Shown piece after piece: positions 25,516 through 40,202 of a DNA stretch of 64,000 bases. Made by a program: the position numbers and the translations under genes. A model generated the notes under the pieces. The model saw nothing but the letters and a program-made list of their open reading frames with translations. It ran no database searches and had not been told where the DNA came from. Within the stretch, counting starts at the first letter, position 1; the number at the start of each line of letters is the position of its first letter. Origin of the DNA: Camelus dromedarius (taxonomy: Eukaryota); assembly GCF_036321535.1 (NCBI RefSeq), contig NC_087437.1, positions 89,282,001 to 89,346,000 of the forward strand, read 5' to 3'.

Positions 25516-26948
25516 TTTTCTTCCACGTGGTACCCACTCTAATCTCTTTCTCATGACATTGTTAATCAACTCAGGTTCCCACCTTAGAAATAGGACTTAG
25601 CTTTGAGAAAAAGAGGGATATAAATAGAGGGAATAAATATTTCATCTCAAGATGGAATGGGGATATGTGATTTATATTACTTGACAATTTTTAAAGAGTT
25701 GACCATCAAAGAATAATTTTCAGCTCAAATCAAAATGCCTAATGCTTCTGGAGCGTGGATATTGGTGTCATCTCAGACTCCTTGCCTTCCCCTTTCCTCT
25801 GTCTTAACCACCAAGTGTTTTTATTGTGCCTCCAAATTGTTCTAAAATCCATTCTAAGTCTCTCCATCCTGACAAAATCCTCCCCCATCTCCCTTGTGAT
25901 CTTTCTTTCTAATGGACTATATATTATATATTATATATCATCAGGTTTGGTTCTTTCTAAATTATTATTTAAATTCAACAAGTGTATACTTTTCAAAATG
26001 CAAATCTCATTATGTTAATTCCTTGAAAAAAAATCCAAACTCCTCATTTTTGAGTGGATAGCATATTTTTGTGTACTCTAATCTCTTCTTAGCTCTCCAG
26101 CTTCCTACTTTCCAGGTCACACTTCATAATCCAACTATATCTAACTTCCCAGGCTTTTCAGTGCTCCTCAAGCTCTATCTTGCCTGTAGGCTTTTATGTT
26201 AAAATAATTTTAGATTTACAGAATAGTTTAAAAAATAGTCCAGAGTTCCTGCATATTCTTCAGTCGCTTTTCCTAATGCTAACAACTTAACATAACTATC
26301 TCGCATTCATTAAAACTATGAAATTAACATTAGTGCAGTACTGGTAAGGAAACTGCAGTCTTCATGCTGTTTTCACCAGTTTTTACACTGTCCTTTTTCT
26401 GATCCAAATCTAATCCCAGTTTCCATAACACATTTAGTTGTCCTTTTTTTTTTTTTTTCAGTCTACCCCTATCTGTGACAGTTCCTCAGTCTTTCAGTAT
26501 CTTTCAATGTACTAACGCTTTTAAGACTGCTGGTTGATCATTTTGTGGAACCTTCTTTCATTTTTAATTTCTCTGATGTGTCCTCGTGGTAAAATGTAGG
26601 TTATATATTTTTGGTGAGAATATCACAGAGTGGTACCTCTTTCTTAGTGCATCATGTGAGGAGGGAGTACATGATGTGCTATGTCTTATTACTGGTGTTA
26701 CTAATCTCAACCACCTGATTAAGGATTTTTCCATGGTAAAGCTACTATTTTTGATTTGTAATTGATGAACATCTTGAGAAAGATGTTTTGAGACTATGCA
26801 AATAAGCTGTTGCTCGTTAAACTTTTGCCCACTAATTTTGGCATTAATTGGTAGAACTTGCCTGAACAAAAAAATACTGAGTTCTGATGGTGATTTTCTT
26901 TTTTCCTCAACCCCATATTAATTTTTATTTTTAGTAGGAAGGATCTTC

Positions 26949-26965
26949 TGTATGTATGTATGTAT

Positions 26966-27004
<39 letters not shown>

Positions 27005-27005
27005 T
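26949..27005. repeat. (TATG)n-(TATT)n compound microsatellite
   Basis: Read directly. Confidence 0.95.
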
Positions 27006-27923
27006 ATCACTATAAATTCATGTGTGTTCATTTTTATTTTAAGATTTAAAATCAGTATTGTTTTATGTGTTGGTTAAATTGTTGAACAATTTTTGAGCTT
27101 TAGTTATTAGGAACCCTTGCAGATTGGCTTCTGTGCATTTTCCACATCCTCATCCTTTTTTGAAATAATCCTTTCTTTTCTAACACCCGTACGTTTGTTG
27201 TTACAGATTCGTCTTATATTTTCTGTGCCCTACAGTCAACCATTTTTCCAAGTTGGCCTTGTTTACTTCATTAAGAATGGCACTGAGGAACCAAGATCTG
27301 GGTGCTAGATGTACTCATTTTTATAATGATGTTGTTACTTCTAGTCCCTCTGATTAGACAGATATAAAAAATATATATGTTGGAACCTACTACATATGTA
27401 AAGTAATTCCAGAATTACTGACCCATACTCTGTGAGCAAAAAATTTACTAGCTGGAGTGCAATGTTTGTGAACAGTTCTTTTTGTCCACAGTCTTGTGGT
27501 ATTAAGTCAAAATACTATTTTCCAAAGATGAGTTGGGCTAGTTACTTTCTTCCCTACTTTGTTATTGAGGTGATAACAGCTAGGTTATCTGTTTGTGTTT
27601 CATTTATGTCTCCAGGTCTTGTTTTTGTTTTTATTTACATATAGTAAAACATATTCTTTGTGGTATATAGTTCTGTGGATTTTGAAAAACACATAGAGCT
27701 GTGTATCTACCAACACAAATAGAACAATTTCATCACCCCCAAAGTTGTTTTGAATTGCCCCTGTTACTAATTTCTCCCCTATTCTCAAAACTGAAAAGCA
27801 CTAGTCTATTTTCAATCCTACACTTTTTGTCTTTTCCGGAATGTCATATACATGGAATTAAACAGTATATAACTCTTTGGGTTTGGCCAAAGCTTTCAAA
27901 ATGCATTTAAGGTTCATTCATAT

Positions 27924-28397
27924 TGTAGCTGAGCAGAACCCTGGCCCTCTAGGGTCAGACCTTCCCCCTATATCCTCTGATGCAGCTGCTCTCTGAAGTA
28001 CCCAGGTAATAGTATCTCATGCAAATTTCCTGAGTTTTTCAGATGCTAAAAGCCACCACCAAAGGGAAGAAATTAACTACTTGATGATTGAGAGCACATG
28101 GCCCCCAGACCTTTTGATGCCTAGGGGTTGATAGTGTTGACCACTCTGTTGCCTCAACGTCAACCAATCAGAGAGTTGTGCACAAGCTGATCATGTACCC
28201 TGCTACCTCGCCTCCCTCACCTGGCCTTTAAATATGCTTTGTTGAAACCCTTCTGGGAGTTCAGGTTTTCTTGGACATGAGCCACCATGTCCTCCTTGCT
28301 CCACCCTGCAGTAAACATTTCCCTGCTCCAATCTCTTGCTATTTCAGTTTGTTTGGCATCATGGTGCGACAGGCACATGAACCTGCCTTTGGTAACT
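27924..28397 (+). mobile_element. ERV1-type solo LTR with perfect 4-bp TSD
   Basis: TG start, CCAAT, TATA-like 'tttaaatatg', 'agtaaa' signal, ends 'ggtaact'; ATAT at 27920-27923 and 28398-28401. Confidence 0.85.
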
Positions 28398-31300
28398 ATA
28401 TCATTACATGAATTAATAGTGTTTTCCATTATATCACCAAGCAGTATTCATTTGATGACTGTATGGCAGTTTATCTGTTCTTCTATTGAAGGACATCTGA
28501 GTTGATTCCAGTTTGTGGTGATTATTGAATAAAGCTGTTATAAATATCCATGGACAGATTTTTATGTGAACATAAGTTTTTATTTCTCTTGGATGAATAG
28601 CTAGGAGATGGACTGTGTGGTAATACGGTGTCTATTCAACTTTATTAGAAATAGCCAAACAATTATCTGTAGTGGCCATGCATTTAGCATTTGCAGCAGC
28701 AATGTATGAGAGTTCCCACTCCTCCACAGCCTTGCCAGAGCTTGGTAGTGTCAATATGTTCTTATTTTAATCACTGATTATATGAATAGCCATACATCAA
28801 TGTGGTTTTGATTCACATTCTCTAGTGACTAATGCTGTTGAGCATCTTTTTCTACACTTATTTGCCATCCATATATCTTCTTTGATGAAGCGCCAATTTA
28901 GATCCTTTGCCTATTTTTTTCAATTGACTTTAGTGCTTGTTATTGTTAAGCTTTCAGAATTCTTTATGTATTCTAGAAACATGCACTTTTACCAAAACTA
29001 TAACTTGCAAATATTTTCTCCAAGTCTTTGACTTGTCTTTTCATTACCTTAGGATTGTCTTTCTTAAAGCAAAATATTTCAATTTTAAGGAAATTTAATT
29101 TTTGTTTTTTATTGCATGGTTTGTATTTTGGTATCGTATGTTAAGGAAGAAAAGATATTTGCCTGACTGATTATCACAAATATTTTCCCTGTTTTCTTCT
29201 TACCTATTTATGGCTTTATATCCTATTGAGTCTGTTTTATTTTGAACTAATTTTTGGTACAAGACATGAGATACAGGTTAAGGATTATTATTTTTTGCAT
29301 ATATATGTATAAATGTTCCAGCACCACTTTTTAAAAGATACATAAATATTCCAATGTCACTTGTTGAAAAGATGATTCTTTTGCAGTGAACTGCCTTTGT
29401 ATCCTTGTCAAAAATAAGTAGACAGCACTTGTGTGTCTATTACTTGATTTTCTATTCTCTTCTCTTGTTCTGTGTTTATCCACTTGCCTTGATTAGTGAA
29501 TAATTATAATTAAGTCTTGTAATTTTAGTATGGGTCCTTAAACTATTTTTTCAAATTGTTTTGGTTCTTCTAGTTCCTTTGCCTTTATGTGAAAATTCTA
29601 CATCAGTTTGTCAATATCTACAAATAGATTGCTGGAATCTTGATTGGGATTCTGTTGAATCTACAGATCAATTTGTGTAAAGCTGCCACTTTAAACCATT
29701 GAATCTTCTGAGTCACAGACATATCTCTACATCTATTTAGGTGTTTTATTTCTTTCATCAATATTTTGTACTTTTCAGCATGCAAATCCATGAACCTTCT
29801 TTAAGATTTGTACCTAAATACATTTTGTGACACGACTGTAAATGATGCTTTTTAAAACTTTTCCAATTGTTAGTTAGCAGAGATAAAATTGAATTTTTTT
29901 TTTTTTGACATGTTGACTTTGTATCCTGAGACTCTTCTAAACTCACCTAGCAATTTTAAGAGTTTTTGTATAGGTCTTTTGTGGTTTTCTACATAGACAA
30001 TTCTGTCATCTGTGAATAGAGGCAGTTTTACTTCTTCCTTTCCAATCTAAATATTCTTTCTTCCTTCTTGCCGTATTATACTAAAACTACTAGAACAATG
30101 TTTAATAGGAGTTGTAAGAACAGACTTGTTCCCAATTAAAGGGAAAGATTTCACCATTGAATATTGAATATCATGTCACGTGTAGATTTTTATAGATGCC
30201 TTTTACCAGGTTAAGGAAAAAAATATCCTCTCTAGTGTGCTGAAAATTTGGATAATGAGTGGACACTGAATTATAAATACCTTTTCTTTATCCTTTGAGG
30301 TGATCATATGATTTTTTTTTTTTTACAAAATTCTGTTTAAATTATGAATGAACAGAGTGGAAAAGGGGTGTTCACTGATGATCTGATTAAGCTTCAGCTT
30401 TAGGCAAAGTGTTCCTTGGTATGGAGCACGTGACCTTCTCATTGTTCTTGACTCCCTTCAGCTTTTAGTTGTGATTTCAGCATGTATCCCTGTTCTTCCT
30501 CCCACAGTAGAGGAGTTGTTGGTATATTTTTTTGCCTGTTCATTTCTGCTAGCTACATTGGATTTTCACCAGTGCCCAAGGTTGTCTATTTTTTTACCCC
30601 TTCCAACCATAGAATAAGGCATTTTTCTGAATAGGAGATAAAGAAGGTCCAGGCAGATTTTTATGTTCTCACACAGCAGCTGATCTTCCCTCTCACCTAA
30701 GTGTGTATTAATTCAGAAGCTTTCTCAGTATTCTCAAACTTTTAGGGAGATGATGGAGAGAAAAATCTACAGAAATGTGCCAGTTCCCTTATATCTGTGG
30801 CCTCCAGCAGCCCACACTGTCTCCCCACACTTCTCCTTTACCAATTTGTTGACTATTCTAGTTGAATTCTTCTACTAGTTTCCACCTGCATCTCTCTAGA
30901 TAAAAAAGCACTTGAGTCCCGTCTCTCCCTGCAGGTGCCATTCCTTAGATTTTGTGCTAGTTGATTACCTTATGACCTCAGCTCCCCGGTGAATACAAGA
31001 AACGTGATGGAGTTTCAGTTTGTCCAGATTTATGTTGTGAGAGTATGAATGATGCTCTTTCCAGCTCTCTACATCCTTGAGTGAAGTCCAGAAGCCCTAT
31101 TATGTTTGAAGATGCTCTCCGCTCTTGTGGAACATTCTCTTGTCTCCCACCTTGTACCCTTCCATCAATCTCTTTATAGACTTCTCAGATTATACTCTCT
31201 TATCCTTCTGTTTGAGTGTTCTTTCAGATAGCTTCCTATAAAGTCCATCTCTTACTCCTCAAAAGAGTTAAGAGTCCCTCATATGTGATTCTTCATATAC

Positions 31301-32827
31301 TTCTCTATTATTACACTTATTTAATTCCATTGTAATTTTATATTCACTAGTCCAAATATTTATTAATTCTAGATTCCTAAAGGCAGGCACGTCTGGCATG
31401 GACAGTGCCAACGACACTTGGTAAGCATCCAGTAATCATTTCTATACTGAAGCCTTTCTATTATTATGAAGACCAAAAACAGTTTAGACAAGAAGTATGG
31501 TATTATATAAAAGTCCTCAACATCAACCTACAGAGTCCAAAAAATCAGAAATGTGAAATGTATCTTATTGTCAAACAGGGGATCCATGCTCCAGAAAAAT
31601 GGGAAAACTCATGGATATTAGACAATAGAATATAAAATCAGTAGAGGCAGGAATGTAGCCTTTTATTAACCCTCCTCTGCCCAATAGCACTTACTGTAGA
31701 GAAAATTGAAAGTGTTTAAGATAGAAAACAGGGGAAAAAGTGAAGAATAATCCAGACATATACTCTTGGGGAAGCAGTTAACACTACTAGAAGATTTTAA
31801 ATGCTTTTTTAAAAATTATCATTATTAATATTAGTAGGGAACCCTTTGCTAAATCATAATGTAAATCTTAAGTAAACTTTATATTCTGTGTTTCCCCTGA
31901 GTTTTTGTAAATATTATACAATTTCAACATAGCATAAAAGATGTTTATGGAAAATATATATGAACTTCAAAGAGAAATGGAACACACAGAGCCTCATCTG
32001 TAGGTAATAATGGTAAGGACAGTGAGCAACCCCAGGGTTAATGACTAGGAAACAGCTTACCTGGCCCAAGATGCACAGACAGTAGGCAGATTGCCAACAT
32101 GCTAAAGTATATTTCCTTAGGGAATATATTTAATTACTGTACTAGTAAAATCAATGGATATTCAAGTTATTTCCCAAAAGAATTCAGCATTTATTCAACA
32201 TTTACACAAGAAGAACTGAGAAATCCTTCATGGCCTTATGCTCTGAGCCACAGTTAATTGCAGTTGAAACTTCTTAATTTTTTAATATATATTATTAATT
32301 ATAATCATGAAAATGGACCAAAACATTTTAACATAACAATGCTAGACTCATAAAGCTACAGCCTCTTTTCAGCCTTTAATGGGAGCTAAATTCTCATTTG
32401 GCTACAGAGAAGAATTTCATTCAATCTACAAATATTCCATAAATGCAAAACTTAAACTTAACCTTGTCCTCTTTTTGCAGTATATCCCATTCCAAAGACA
32501 TTATCAACAGGATTGTTACCTTGTAAAATAAAGAAAAAGGAAAAAGAGGAAAAGCTTGGTAGTTTGTATCTAAGAACTTGGCAGTTTCCAGTAACATCCA
32601 AATATTTAAAATTATTTTCACAGTATATACTTGTAATCTTTGGTTCCCTGGCAAACTGAGACTAGAATTTTGGAATCAAAATTATCAAAGAGTAAAAACA
32701 TTTTAACACTGTACAATGGCCCTTAGCTGGATCTGTGAATATAAACAGCTTGAATAACTGGTAGCACTCATCTCTATCTCTGTCTCTTTGTATGGTTTTT
32801 CTGCATCTTTGCACACAGGCAGGATGA

Positions 32828-33090
32828 AGGCAGTGCCTTGTGGAGAATCAGAGCAAGAGGTTTGGAGTCAGACTGTCTGTGCTGAGATGCCCTTCTGTAC
32901 TTTTCCATAGGTTTGTGGCTTTGAATAGCTTCCAAGTCCTCTTTAAGACTCAGTTTGCTCACTCACAGATGAGAGGGTAATGCTGGCATGTACTGTAAGG
33001 TGTGTTCTCCAAATTAAGTGAGATGATTTATATAAAGCAGTACCGATGGTGGCTGATACATAGTGAATACTCAATAGATGTTAGCTGTAA
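32828..33090 (+). mobile_element. MIR SINE, near full length
   Basis: 'tttggagtcagactg...ctcagtttgctcactcacagatg...catagtgaatactcaatagatgttagctg'. Confidence 0.8.
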
Positions 33091-33394
33091 CAATAATGAT
33101 TCTATATATCATTGAAAGTCAGAGCTTCATTATTTGGAACATCTCAGTCATCCATTTCTTCCTATAAGGGGAGGACTCCTATTTCTACCAACTGTATTAG
33201 AATGTAAAGGTGTTCCTTCTTTTATAATGAGCTCATCATCACTAGGAAATCCCAATAGAGCTTCTCTTTAGTGTTGATTATTTTTGTTTTCCACTCCACA
33301 ATGCCCCATGCTTAGGAGTAACCACAGGGCAGGATCAATGACCCCTGGTGCCCAGTGGTAACTCTTATTGGTGGGACATTTTATTTATGAAGGA

Positions 33395-33622
33395 AGAGCA
33401 GACATTTTGGAACATGACAGACCTTTGTTTGAAATCTGGATCTGTCACATATTACTTGTACAAATCTGAAAGAAAAAAAAATTAATCATTCTCTGCCTAA
33501 GTGTTTTTCCTTTTGTAAAGCTAGGTTAATAACATCTAAATCACAGGGTTATTATAAGAAAAATGATTAATAAGAACTAGGTCTGGTTCATAATAAGACC
33601 TTAATAAAAGGCAGCTATTATC
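33395..33622 (+). mobile_element. MIR SINE
   Basis: 'acagacctttgtttgaaatctggatctgtcac...tcacagggttattataag...taataaaaggcagctattatc'. Confidence 0.7.
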
Positions 33623-35152
33623 ATTTTCATTTAGTGTAGGTAACTCTGCTTTACTAAGACATAAACATAAACCCAGAAAATAGCAAAGATTAATTTTACT
33701 ATCTTATTTATAATGCAAATTACTGCCCTTATAAAAAAAGTGACATTAAAATTTCCTTTAAAAATATAACTAGAGAGTGTAATGTAATTTTTTGAAGTGG
33801 TTTATTAAGGGAGGAAAAAAAATAAGTAGACTGTCTTCGGTTATAACTGTTGAAGTTGCTTCTGTTTTAGTTGCTTTTAATAAGCGCAATTTTAAGCCTA
33901 AATTGTATATTTGACATAGTAGAGGGTCAATTAAAAATATTTTTTACACCAAATTTCAAAATATTTCGGGCATATGAACAAATACATAATAAAATGAATT
34001 CCTCTATATTCAACAACCCAGCTTATAAAAATAAAGTCCTACATCCACAGTTGAGGCCCCAGGATGCTTCTTACAGGTGCCATTGCCTCCCTGTTCTCCT
34101 CGCACCACTAATACTTGCCCTTAAAATTCACTATCATTCTGAATTTGAGGAATTATTGCTAGAGTTTAACCCCAAACTATAGTGACTTTAATTACTCAGA
34201 AGAAATGCTCACTGTTATTTCTGCAATCAAGTTTAGAACAAATATAAAATGATTATAAACTTAAGGGAATTTTCTGCACTGCTTTCTGTGTTTTTAATTT
34301 CTCAGTTTAAAGTAAATAATAGCATAACTTCCTATCATTGCTAAAAATAGATTGGTACCAGAAGGCATCAAGGTATCTCTGAATCATTAAGACAAATTAA
34401 TATGCCTTTTTTTAATTTTAAAAAATGTAATAGCATGATACAATCTATTCAAATAAAATGAAACATTACATGCAAAACACCATGCTAAGAATACAGACAC
34501 AAAAATAAGTAAAGTTTGATCCTTGTATTATATTTTGGAATAGATTGCAAAATAACTGTTCCTCTCCTTTCATTAAATATTTTACATAAAGGTCTTGGTT
34601 TATATTCATCTATAGCTGTTTTAAGTGTTTGCCAGTCTGAATGAATTAGTAGTGACCTTGCATAGGTCTAAACTGACTCTTGAAAGCTTAATGTTTTCTC
34701 TAACCTTCAAAAAAATTCTCAAGGTGTTTGAAAAGTATGTTTTAAAAAGTTTTGAATGGAAAGGCTTTTAAATATCCTCTAGGGGAAAGTAGTGTGAAAA
34801 ATAGACTTTACTTTAAAAATGTATTTTTTTTCTATTTATAAGATGAAATTATCTTCCATAATCAAACAGGCAAAATTAATATAGGTAAGCTTCTATAGCG
34901 TTTGCTTTAATGCTTTGGTTTCATTCATAGTGTGTCATGTTAAGAGAATGCAGGTAGGAAAGAAAATTATGAGACTCATACAGAGAATACAGTTGGTCCC
35001 CTCTGGAGTGGCTGGAAACCTCTGTAACCAATTCCATGACAAAAGAGAAAGAATAAGAACATTTCTAAGAGAAAACTGGATGTTGTGGTTTAGAAATTTC
35101 TCATGGATCCAGACAGACCAATTCCATTTTATTCCTAAACACCCCCCACCAA

Positions 35153-35177
35153 ACACACACACACACACACACACACA
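35153..35177. repeat. (AC)n microsatellite
   Basis: Read directly. Confidence 0.95.
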
Positions 35178-35549
35178 GAGCCAAAGAAATAGTGTCAAGG
35201 AAACCCATATTGGGTAAGTCTGGCAAAAGACTATTTTAAATTTCTTTTATTAATTTATAACGTACTTTTTCATGGGTTCTCTGGGCACTAGTACAGTTTA
35301 CATCCCCTCCTCCTAATCCCATCTCACCACTGATCTAAGCACAGACTCAAGTCTAAGATTTACATATGCTAAATAATCATCCTAGAATCAAAGGTTCTAT
35401 GCCAGTGTTGCCTGACAGATATGGTCCACTTCACATGTGACATCCAGAGTGCTTGAGTTAAGAAACGGAGTTAGTTCTAGATCTACTTTATTTTGCTAAT
35501 TTTCAAATACATTTGATTCATGACTTTTAATAAGGGGTAAAGGTATTTA

Positions 35550-35690
35550 TCATAATCACATGGGGAAGCTCTTTCTTCAAAATCCCAATTCTGAGACTAT
35601 ACACTGGAGATCCTGGCTTAATGTTAAGAATGGGGCATGGATATGCATATTCTGGTAAAGAACTATGCCCAGGTATAATTGATACCTGTA
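35550..35690. mobile_element. MER5-like hAT-Charlie DNA transposon fragment
   Basis: 'aatcacatggggaagctc...ggagatcctggcttaa...tggggcatggatatgcatatt...cccaggtataattgat'. Confidence 0.5.
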
Positions 35691-38600
35691 CGGAGTGTCT
35701 TCCAGGATCCTGATAAACTCCTTAACAACCCATCTCATGACCTCAGTTACAACTCAAAAGTCCTCAAATACTGTTGACCCTGACCCTAAGGCTATGATTT
35801 ATGAGACTGGACCCAAGAGGCTCAGAGTTTTCTCCCCAGGGAAGTATTTGTGGATTACAGAAAGGAAGGTAAATCAAGCATTGAAAATGGCATAGTGGCT
35901 TTTATTTGTTCTCTATGTGGACTAGACAAGCACAGAAAGTCAACTCGTAGAGACAGAGAAGAGAGAATCACATGAGGGAAGTAAAGATGAAAGATGAGAG
36001 CAATTTTCAGCTTTTTGGTCTGACTGCTGTTCCAAGGTCCAGCTGATTTCTTATCTTTGACTTTCATGACCTGTCTCTGTTTCATTATATTTCCCCTTTG
36101 TGCCTAAGATATTTTAAGTTGCTTTCTTTTATTTATAAACAACAACAACAAAAATCCTAATTTAAGTGTTAATTATTCTAATCTTCAGAATTATTGGGAT
36201 GTAACAAAATGATAGCCAACTTATGGTTAAGACTGTTCTTTGGAGGTAGAAAATTGCCATTACTAGCAGTATCTGAGAAGGAACTGCTTGCCCATTCCTT
36301 CTCTTTCATGCTTGAACTAATAACCTTAAGCCAGTAATCCATTTTGAGATTTAGATGATCATCACTTTCCTTTATGGAATCAACGGTCACAGAATATGCA
36401 TCCAGTTAAATTCCCAGCCAATATAGCAATTTCCTCTATGATATTCTGACAGGTGGCCAGCTTCTAAATGCTTTTAGCAATTAGGAGCTCTTTAATCTGA
36501 GAAGCAGTAAGTTGCATTATTGTTAGACAGTTGTGATCTTACAATTTTTCTCTCATATTAAAATCTTTTTTTCAAAAGTGATAGACTAAAGTTCAGGGAA
36601 AGTTTACCAATACTTTTTCCAAATGAAAAGTTTATACTGTTGATACTATCAAGGTACTGTTTTCAGAACTGCAGCCAAAAAAAAATCTCAAGGGGTTAGA
36701 GAATAATAACTCTGGGCAATGTGACGTGAATACTTGGGTGGGTGAGAGGGAAAACTAAGCTGTGAAATGCTAAACATTAAAATGAAAGTAAAAGCAATGG
36801 AGAGACCATGACATTGAGAAATATGCTTCAAGCGTTCTGTTCCTTGTCTTGATCCTAACTTGGCATTGGTATCGGATAAGAAATTTAAATTTCTGCATAT
36901 GAGTTTATTCATGTTTAAACAAATTATCTGAAAAAAATCTCTAAGGACCCCCTTCTGACTCTGGCATCCATTGGGTAAATAAAAGAATGTATCATAAATA
37001 CCTAATGCAGGCACTGTACTAATCAATGAGGCATGCAGCACTCATGGAACAAGGAGCAGAGCCGTGCACTACAGCACAGTACAGCATCAAATGCTGAGCC
37101 CTGACCTCTCTGTTCTTATATGACCCAGGATGCATGGCTAACAGAGTTTCAGTGTGCCATCTATCATATCGGCATCTGTAATTTGAGCACTGGATTATAG
37201 CCAACATTCCATCAATTGATGTGTCAGTCTTTCCACTCTTAAAGTCATACAGCTTTAAAAGCAATGTCTTTGTCTTTATCTACATTTTACTTTTGACAAG
37301 TCATAACTCAGTGGTTGGCAATGAACTAGAAAAGTGAGTGAACAGTAAATCACTGATGCTGACTGTGACTTTTATCATCCAAGTGAAGGTGGCCATTCAG
37401 TTGGGTCTGAGAGATTGTGAAGTAGAAGAAGCACATTGAGTGTTTCATTAGTACCACTCCATCCTTCTCTGTGTGATTGCATTCCTATTCTTCTGTATCC
37501 TCTCTCTCTTATTCCTGCCTACTATACTGAGCTCTGAATGCCAGACCCTTTACTGCTATACTTTTCTTCCCTTCCAATTCGCTCTTTCATATTCAAGAAC
37601 CTTTCTCCTTAATTCAAACTATTCTGCATTGCATCTCATATCCTTTCATCCCCCCTAAGTATCTGGCTAGTTCCTGAGGTAGCTATTTGGGACTAGACTA
37701 TTAAATGGCTAATAAAGAATGTAATTTGTCGACACTTACTTTAAAACTACAAAATATTTCTTTGGTGCCTGCAATGTGCCAGTCTTAATGGAAGATTCAG
37801 AAATTTATGCCTACATTATCCTTGATCTCTTGGAGATTACAGCCTAAAGGGAGAGAACCTAAACAAACTTCTAAAGTAATGTATGGTGAGTACTATAAGA
37901 AGTATGTAAATAACATACATTGAAAGCATAGAGAAAAATCTTGGTTCAGTGTGGAAGTAAGGGATGGAAATAACTGGGAAATCTATAAAGGAGACTGTTT
38001 CACTCTCTCTGAGATAGATAGTAAGTCACTTGACAGTGAGTCAAGAGAACAAGGTAGAGTGTCTTTCAGGAAGAAGAAAGAATATCTGCAAAGCCCTGCA
38101 GTGAGGACAAGAATGCTGAATTACCTCATCATATGAATACAAGAAGGACTATCTCTACAAATGATCTTACACAACGTATTAAGGCATTTGGACACTATCA
38201 TAATATAGTAGACGAGTAATGAGAAACCACTAGAATGGTTTGCATGTTTGAAAGATCAACCTGACAATAGTGCAGAAATTGAGAATTATAGAGAAGGGAA
38301 AACTAGAGGCATAGAAAATATTTAAAAATCTTGACTCCAGCCAGAACTCAACAATAGAAATAGAAGAAAGAGATGAACCCTCAGATACCTATTACTATAA
38401 GAATTGGGTGTAATGATCCATTGAATGTTTATATGGGAGAGGGGGGTAGCTGGTTTTAAGGTAGGGTGGGGATTGAGGATGACACCAAAAGATTTGACTT
38501 GCATGCTTGGATAGTTGGTGGATACATGTGGAGATCAGGAAGAGTACAGGTAGACACCAATGGAGTTAATTAGAAGATACAAAGTAGAATTCATTATATT

Positions 38601-39254
38601 AAGTAAAGCTGTTTGCAGCACATCAGATAGTAATATCTGAAAATAAGGAAATAGGGCTGTCCTCAGTTTATACAATTGAAAGCTTTAGCTAAATATATAA
38701 CAGTGAAGCCACTCAGGAAGAGCGTATAGCAAGAAGGAGACAGACCTAGGAGGGATGTTGATATTTGAAAGGTAAGAACAAAAGGGCAGTGAAGCGAAAA
38801 ATAGTGTTGTAGGAATCAAAGAACAAAACCAATTCAAGGAAAGGAGAATAAGGAAACTTTAAGGACATTTAGGATGGCATTTCAGAGAGAAAGGCAAAAT
38901 AGAAAGGAGAACACTGATAGCGTGAAAAGAAAGGCTGGTTCCAATACATTTTAGGACCTCAAATGTGGCAAGAGACATTTGAGTGGAATAACAACCTGTG
39001 CTGAAAACTGAATCGGAGGTGAGGAAATGGAGATATAGTTATAGGCAAGTATTATAAGAGACAGCGTCATTCATAGTTGTATCATTAACCTTAATGTACA
39101 GTTTAATACAAAAAAGGAACTTATATATTTTTCAACTAATAAATTGACAAATATAAACAATTAAGATCATTTGGTAACAACTTGGTCAAAAAAAATCACT
39201 TGCCTGCTCTGTGGAGAATAGACTGTGAGAAGGAACAGGTCCATGACAGGAGAC

Positions 39255-39790
39255 TAGTAGTATTGCACAACAGCACTACTACAAGCTGAGTGTATTGAAA
39301 CAATTTACATTTATTATTTCAGTTTGTGTGGGTCAAGAGTCAGGGCATAGCGTAGCTGGGTTCTCTGCTTCACAGTCTCATAAAGCTGCTATCAAGGTTG
39401 TACCCTAGCCTGTGGTCTTGTCTGAAGCTCAACTAGGAAGGGTCTGCTTTCAAGTCCATATAGTTGCCTACACTTCATTTCCTTGTGAGATTTTGGACTG
39501 AGGGCCTGTTTCTTCTGGCACTTGCCTGGAGCCTACCCCTCAATGCCATGTGGGCCTTCCCAACATGGCTGCTTCCTTCCTCAGAGCCCCCCAAAAAGAG
39601 AAAATCTCGAGAGATGAACATTACGGTCTTATGGATTATAATTATGGAAGTGACATCCCATTACTTTGTACAGTCTATTAGTTAGAATTAAGTCACATTT
39701 CCTGCTCATGCTCCACGGCAGGATATTAAGCAAAGTAGGAAACACTAGAAAGGAGAATCAGGGGGCTACCTGTACAGTGTGTCTACCAGG
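39255..39790 (-). mobile_element. MaLR solo LTR (MLT1F-like)
   Basis: 'tgtgggtcaagagtcagggcatagcgtagctgggttctctgcttc...ggaagtgacatcccattactt...gtctacca'. Confidence 0.8.
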
Positions 39791-40202
39791 TACTTAAAAT
39801 AGTACTTTGATCCACGTGAAAGAGTTTGGAAGTGTGGACTTGGGTGATAGCTGTGGATTTGGTAAGATATGGTAAAATTTGGAATATAACTTGAAACATG
39901 AGCTTAAGCATCTTATTAGGCTGGACTGGATTCATGGGAAGAAATAGTCAAGTATGAGTCCTGAATGTTTGGATTGAGCAACCAGGTCAATATAAGTACC
40001 ATTTACTCAGATAGGTAAGATTGAAGGAGGTACAGGGTTGGGCCAATTTGGGGATGTTCTTAGATATGCTAAATTAGATACTACTATTAAATATCCAAGT
40101 AAAGATGCTTACTAGGCAGTCCAATATGAGGCTAGGAGACAAGGAAGAGAATAGGTGAAGGTAGAAATTCAAGTTGTCAGAATGTATGTAAAGCCATGTA
40201 AT

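Larger units (their letters stand above)
26201..31096 (-). mobile_element. L1MC-like element with long 3'UTR, partial ORF2 and 5' end, inserted in an L2
   Basis: 3' end 'aaaataattttagatttacagaa'; decayed ORF2 about 28500-30340; 5'-terminus motif 'tccagctctctacatcc...ccagaagcc'; flanking near-identical 10-mers cttttatgtt/ctattatgtt. Confidence 0.75.
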
